Below are positions 62,921 through 64,000 of a DNA stretch of 64,000 bases, one piece after another; positions within the stretch are counted from its first letter, which is position 1, and every line of letters starts with the position of its first letter. Position numbers and translations under genes: made by a program. The notes beneath the pieces are model-generated. The model was given only the letters and a program-made list of their open reading frames with translations, had not been told where the DNA came from and did no database searches. Source of the DNA: Vicugna vicugna (Eukaryota); contig MU061579.1 of the NCBI GenBank assembly GCA_013265495.1, forward strand, positions 6,012,963 to 6,076,962, in the 5' to 3' direction.

Positions 62921-63870
62921 CTTTTTTGAAGGATGTTTTTAAGGGATATGAAATTCTAGGTGGTAGATATTTTATTCCAGTACTTAATAATTGTACTCTA
63001 TTCCCTTTTAGCTTTTGCCTTTTATGATGATAGGTCACTGTCAGTCTCTTATTGTTAATTTAATTTAGTGTTATTTGGTACTCTGATTTTAAGAGTTCCT
63101 TGTTAAATTTTCCATTGTTTTACTATAATGTACTTACATGAAGTTATCTTTGTATTTACCTTGCTTAGAGTTTGGATAGCTTATTGAATCTGTTAATTGA
63201 CATCTCATATCAGTTTTCAAAAATTCTTGGTTATTATCACTTCCAGTATTGCCTCCTCCCTGTTTTCTGTCTCCTCTTCCTCTGGATATCAAATTACATG
63301 TATGTTAGACTTTTTCTTAATGTCCCACATGTCTCTCTTTTCTATTTCTTCCAATTGTTTTTCTTTGTGTTCAATTTGGATGTATTTTTTAAAATTTTTC
63401 TTGTGGGGAGGGGATAGCTAGCTTAGTGGTAGAGCATGTGCTTAGCATGCATGAGGTCCTGGGTTCAATCTCCAGGACCTCCATACAAATAAATAAATAA
63501 ATAAAACCTAATTACTTCCCCCCCATTTTTTTAAAATAATCTGTTTTCCGATTCATTAATATTTTTTGATTCACATTATTTGGTTAAACCCATTTTTTTT
63601 GAATTTCAGTTATTGTACTTTTCACCTCCAGAATTTCCATTTGATTATTTAAATTTCAATCTCTGGCAGAATGATACAACTTTTTTCTATATTTTCTTTT
63701 TCCTGTATTTTGTGATAATGTTAACCGTAGCTGTCATTGTATCCCTGGTTGGTATCCTGATCATTTGTGAATCTCTGTTTTTCTTAGTATTTTTTCTTTT
63801 GGGTTTTGGTGATAGGGTCTTTCTTGTCTCTTGAATTCTTTTTCAATGCCAGACAGTGAGGAAAAAATGT
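62921..63870 (-). mobile_element. Ancient L1 ORF1/5' region, right part (continues 57740-58525)
   Basis: TTTTTTGAAGGATGTTTTTAAGGGATATGAAATTCTAGGT...CAAATTACATGTATGTTAGAC...TGTCCCACATGTCTCT. Confidence 0.75.
63405..63525 (+). mobile_element. tRNA-Ala-derived SINE (camelid Vic-1 type) with extended tail
   Basis: GGGGAGGGGATAGCTAGCTTAGTGGTAGAGCATGTGCTTAGCATGCATGAGGTCCTGGGTTCAATCTCCAGGACCTCCA, then (AAAT)n and CCTAATTACTTCCCCCCC. Confidence 0.9.
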
Positions 63871-64000
63871 TAAGGCTATAAGCAATTTTATCTCTCTCCA
63901 AAAAGGACTCATCTTTTCATGTTTTAGTAGAGAAGAGGTTGATGATTTTGACCCCGTCAGGGACGGAGCTGAAGAGGCTGTGGGCAGTTTTGATGATGAT

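Noticed and set aside
1..64000. CRISPR array, operon or other novel multi-gene system
   Set aside because: No regularly spaced repeat-spacer array, no long ORFs and no prokaryote-like gene density. The structure is explained by mammalian transposon remnants.

Overview
This is AT-rich, CpG-poor mammalian DNA, most likely camelid (alpaca/vicuna/llama/camel). That call rests on two tRNA-Ala-derived Vic-1-type SINEs, cetartiodactyl-type L1 3' UTRs, and no recognisable ruminant or pig SINEs. I found no protein-coding exon, RNA gene or CRISPR/operon-like system that I can support. The ORF-track entries are L1/ERV remnants or short ORFs that look like chance. Roughly half or more of the window is transposon debris. 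It includes three long minus-strand L1s that each carry a large internal deletion, a twin-primed (5'-inverted) young L1 with a 14-bp TSD, and an ancient L1 inversion. There are also two solo ERV LTRs with 4-bp TSDs and a decayed class-III (ERVL) provirus split by later insertions, plus MaLR/MER21/MER31-like LTRs, MIR, L2, CR1/L3 and hAT MITEs. The best non-repeat leads are a CpG-retaining segment at about 24.3-25.2 kb ending in a perfect splice donor (candidate promoter/first exon), a perfect 22-bp palindrome, and a nearby solo LTR carrying a GAS motif. Repeat family names come from recalled consensus sequences, not from a search, and boundaries of old repeats are approximate. I do not see evidence for a previously undescribed biological system here.
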